From Octopus vulgaris (Eukaryota): 64,000 bases of DNA. Shown here in pieces: positions 60,310 to 64,000 of this stretch. The stretch's first letter is position 1; each line of letters opens with the position of its first letter. The DNA lies in assembly GCA_951406725.2 (NCBI GenBank), contig OX597815.1, positions 6,386,001 through 6,450,000 on the forward strand. Direction: 5' to 3'. A program made the translations under genes and the position numbers. Below the pieces are notes generated by a model, which ran no database searches, had not been told where the DNA came from, and worked only from the letters and a program-made list of their open reading frames with translations.

Positions 60310-60509
60310 TGTGTGTATTGACGTTTGTATGAAAAATGTCAGAGAGGAGTGTTACGTAGCTGGGTCAAGGTAAGTTAATTGCGTGTGTGTGTGTTTTGTT
60401 AGAAATACTAATATGTAGGTCATTGATTTACGGTAGGAAACAAAAACGTCACAACAGTGTGGGTGGGAAGAACCAAGCCTTGAGATAATACACAGGAGAG
60501 AATGTGGGT

Positions 60510-60564
<55 letters not shown>

Positions 60565-60894
60565 GGGTGCGTCAACAGTCGCTACAATGGAAACTGTTGG
60601 TTATGAAATAATCCTCGATTGAATGAAAGAGACAGGAAGACGGTCAAACAATATGGTCGTCGAGGCAGCTTGTCATAAAAGACACGTTCCGAGCTTTTAT
60701 ATACATACATACACACATACAATACATTCATTCATTCATTCATACATACAAACAATATAATACGTGCTTACAATACATACATACATTTATACATATATAT
60801 ACATATATACATACATTCATGTATGCATGTATACATACATGCATACATGTATACATACATGCATGTATACATTTATGCATACATGTATACATAC

Positions 60895-62620
60895 ATGATG
60901 ACCGTCCACTCGTGACCGAGGAAGACCATTGCTGATCCTCAGGAACATTGTGCGCTCTAGGACGAATATTTTGCATTTGCGGCCCCGTCGGTGGCTAAAG
61001 AGCCCTGCTCTTGACAGGCATACAAGACTGCAAACATTGCAGACCAAGCTTTCCCCATTCACTACACCAGCCGTGCGCTTTCGAGCAGCACGCTTAAATT
61101 ATTCATGCAGAATACGTGCTCTCTCAAAGGTGTCGACCCCTCTCCTTAACCTGGTTCCTCCATCTGTGGCGATGACAGGTATCGCTTTCCCAGTCGAGCT
61201 GGCAGAAAAGAGGCGGCGAGCTGGCAGAAACGTTAGCACGCCGGGCGAAATGCTTAGCGGTATTTCGTCTGCGTTACGTTGTGAGTTCAAATTCCGCCGA
61301 GGTCGACTTTGCCTTTCATCCTTTCGGGGTCGATAAATTAAGTACCAGTTACGCACTGGGGTCGATGTAATCGACTTAATACCTATGTCTGTCCTTGTTT
61401 GTCCCCTCTGTGTTTAGCCCCTTGTGGGTAATAAAGAAATAGGTATCGCTTTCCCAGTCGCACAGGCCTTTAATGAGGACTTGACACAATCCTTAAATCG
61501 CAGCCTTGGTTTCTGCTGGGGTCTCTTTCCACTAACAAGTTCCCCATACAGCATCTGCATAAGGATCCTGCTATCCTTCATTTTAATAAGGTGTCCAGTC
61601 CAACGTAACCCGTGCCTGTGCGCCATCGCTTCAATACTCAAAATATCAGCTTTCCTCAAGAGCTTGTGATGCCATGCTGGGACCAAATACGTGACTGAAG
61701 AGACCGGAAGGAATCAGTCGCTCTCTGCAGCCTGAAAGATATTTCATCATCCAGGGAGCAAGAACGGTTGAGTGCGCTGCCCAGGTAGACAAACTTGTCT
61801 ACCACTTTCAGTATTGTTCCTTCAACCAAGATAGCTGGTTACACATGGATTTCCTGGCGCAGACTGGAGCATTACCACAGTCTTGTCCAGGCTAATGCTG
61901 AGTCCAAATGCCTTGCAAAAAACAAAAATACGATTCATAAGTATTTGCATGTCATCCGCTGTATGAGTGACTAAGTCATAGTCATCTGCATAAAAGGGGT
62001 CACGAATAAGGGACTGGAAAACTTTTGAATTGGCAGCAAATCGACGCAGATTAAAGAGGCGGCCAGAAGATCGATACCTGACATATATTTCCAGAGAACT
62101 AATCTTAGCAAAAGCATGAGTAAAAGCAGCAGCAAAGTGCAAAGAAAAGAGAATTGGGGTAAGGATGTCACCCTGCTTGACCCGGACAAGATCCATGTTC
62201 TGCTCATAACACTTCTGCATCTGTCATGCTGTGAGAATCATATCCATTGTAGTGATTGTACACTGCTGTAGAGGGCAAGTGCTAGATTTCGCTCCACTGC
62301 TGAAAGTTCTCTGTGCAGCAATACGTTGTGGGCATGGTGCTTTACAACCAATAGTCGCTGAAATTCAGCATCATTCTTATCAAACCAGTCTCTGTGTCCG
62401 GCAGTAGCCTATCCCAGTGTTTCAGCAGCACATTGAAGTACTTGGTCTTGAAAATCTTCCCATGATGCAGTATTTTCAATGCTGGACAAGTGAGTCTGAA
62501 GCTCTTTCCTCAACACAGCATCATATATCTTGTGGACATTCAGACGCCGAGGAATACCAACCATTGACGGTTCTTGATTTTCGCCACGCAGGGTGTCCAA
62601 AAACCACCCTTCTTACCAAT
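60895..62620 (-). mobile_element. Degenerate RTE-clade (BovB-like) LINE, 5'-truncated with internal deletions
   Basis: RT motifs RVKQGDILTPILF and FYADD (61822-62220); LRWTGHLIKM..MLYGEL..GKR (61414-61686); C2H2-like CNVCSLVCLSRAGLFSH; (TGTA)n tail. Confidence 0.9.
61197..61440 (+). mobile_element. Young SINE family B inserted in the RTE LINE with 20-bp TSD
   Basis: AGGTATCGCTTTCCCAGTCG at 61177-61196 and 61441-61460. Confidence 0.92.
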
Positions 62621-62859
62621 CTGATTTTATCAATCAAAGGTAATTAAACAATGACTTCTACTTTTCTTTTTAGACGAAAGAATTCAGGTAAGATGCATTT
62701 ATTTACTCTTCGATTCCTTCATCAGTTCGTGGCGACCGAGTACAACATGGCGATGTTCCCAGAGACGAGATAAATGAAAGTTTTGTAGAAATCGACATGG
62801 TGCCGAGCAAAACTGGACAAGAACCAGATAGAAAATATGGAGGATATTTTTTTTGTCAA

Positions 62860-63180
62860 CGAAGCCATCTTATATAGAGATTATTGGTAAGAGGGTTGTG
62901 GGGAAATTGGTTGAGGAATATGAAGAATGTGCCTCGAATTGGTGGTTTCGATAACCCGTTTGTGAGTATCGGATGGGACGGGAATGAAATGTATTTACTC
63001 CTAAGGATTGTTGGAATAATGGAATTCTTATGGATACCCGAGAGTTCGGGTGGAGAACGGGTAGTGCTGTTGTGCAGAAATGTGGTCTGAGATGTGGTTA
63101 CTGTGACACAATTTTCTGTAGAGTGCAGAGACGGCCATGAGTAAGTTCGAAGAGGAAGAGACAGATCGAGTGTATCTTTG
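62860..63180 (-). mobile_element. Degenerate CR1/L2/Jockey-like LINE ORF2 C-terminal fragment
   Basis: Minus-strand translation loosely resembles post-RT motifs (..PELS..SHP..FF..LNQFP). Confidence 0.4.
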
Positions 63181-63298
63181 TTTGGGTCAGATTTTCGTCT
63201 GTCAGGGATACGGAACAGCTGTAGACAATTCAGAAAGTGAGTAAGCCGAAACTTCGAAGTCACTGTCACCATTCTTTTTATAAAAGTTTAATGAATAT

Positions 63299-63714
63299 AG
63301 GCGCAGGAGTGGCTGTGTGGTAAGTAGCTTGCTTACCAACCACATGGTTCCGGGTTCAGTCCCACTGCGTGGCACCTTGGGCAAGTGTCTTCTGCTATAG
63401 CCCCGGGCCGACCAATGCTTTGTGAGTGGATTTGGTAGACGGAAACTGAAAGAAGCCCGTCGTATATATGTATATATATATATATATATGTATGTGTGTA
63501 TGTTTGTGTGTCTGTGTTTGTCCCCCTAGCATTGCTTGACAACCGATGCTTGTGTGTTTACGTCCCCGTCACTTAGCGGTTCGGCAAAAGAGACCTATAG
63601 AATAAGTACTAGGCTTACAAAAGAATAAGTCCCGGGGTCGATTTGCTCGACTAAAGGCGGTGCTCCAGCATGGCCGCAGTCAAATGACTGAAACAAGTAA
63701 AAGAGTAACAGAGA
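63299..63714 (+). mobile_element. SINE family A, full length
   Basis: Intact head and tail. Confidence 0.9.
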
Positions 63715-63802
63715 GATGTACTCTATTAAAAGAATTGATTAAAGGGTAATCCTTTCGTTTAATGATAAATTGTTTATATATAACTTGACATAAAAACAAT
63801 TA

Positions 63803-64000
63803 CGAGGTTGAGTCAAAATGTAATGCCATTTTTTTTATTTCGTGTGAAGTTTTTGATAAAAATAACTGAAGATTTTCCCAGCCATAAAGGATTCTATCAT
63901 TTACGATCTGAAATATTTTGTTTCTTACTTTTCAGGTTTTTAGACTGGTAAGCAAAATTCAAAATGGCTTCCCCCTTAGAGTTACGTCAAAAACAAAGAG
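63803..64000 (+). mobile_element. 5' end of a mariner-like transposon, running off the window
   Basis: TA-CGAGGTTGAGTCAAAA terminus; ATG at 63964 gives MASPLELRQKQR, like mariner transposase N-termini. Confidence 0.55.

Overview
AT-rich, microsatellite-dense eukaryotic DNA. The repeat content most resembles an octopus or other coleoid cephalopod (inference). There is one convincing host gene on the + strand: a 7.4-kb uninterrupted ORF (24048-31487) for a largely disordered protein of unknown family. It is best modelled as a short coding exon (23269-23305) spliced to a giant, frame-symmetric 6636-nt exon (24061-30696), with an alternative read-through end at 31487. The rest is mostly transposon debris: several tRNA-derived SINE families, six non-autonomous Helitrons, piggyBac, hAT and Tc1/mariner MITEs, RTE, Tx1/L1-like and CR1/L2-like LINE fragments, and an LTR remnant. 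The most interesting signal is a set of at least four sequence-distinct minimal type-I hammerhead ribozyme motifs of the Penelope/retrozyme kind, read by eye. One is a U3-A8 core variant. Another belongs to a two-copy family that joins a tRNA-like Pol III head to a hammerhead tail. Nearly all short ORFs in the supplied track are artefacts of microsatellites or SINEs. Repeat boundaries are approximate unless a TSD or terminus is quoted.
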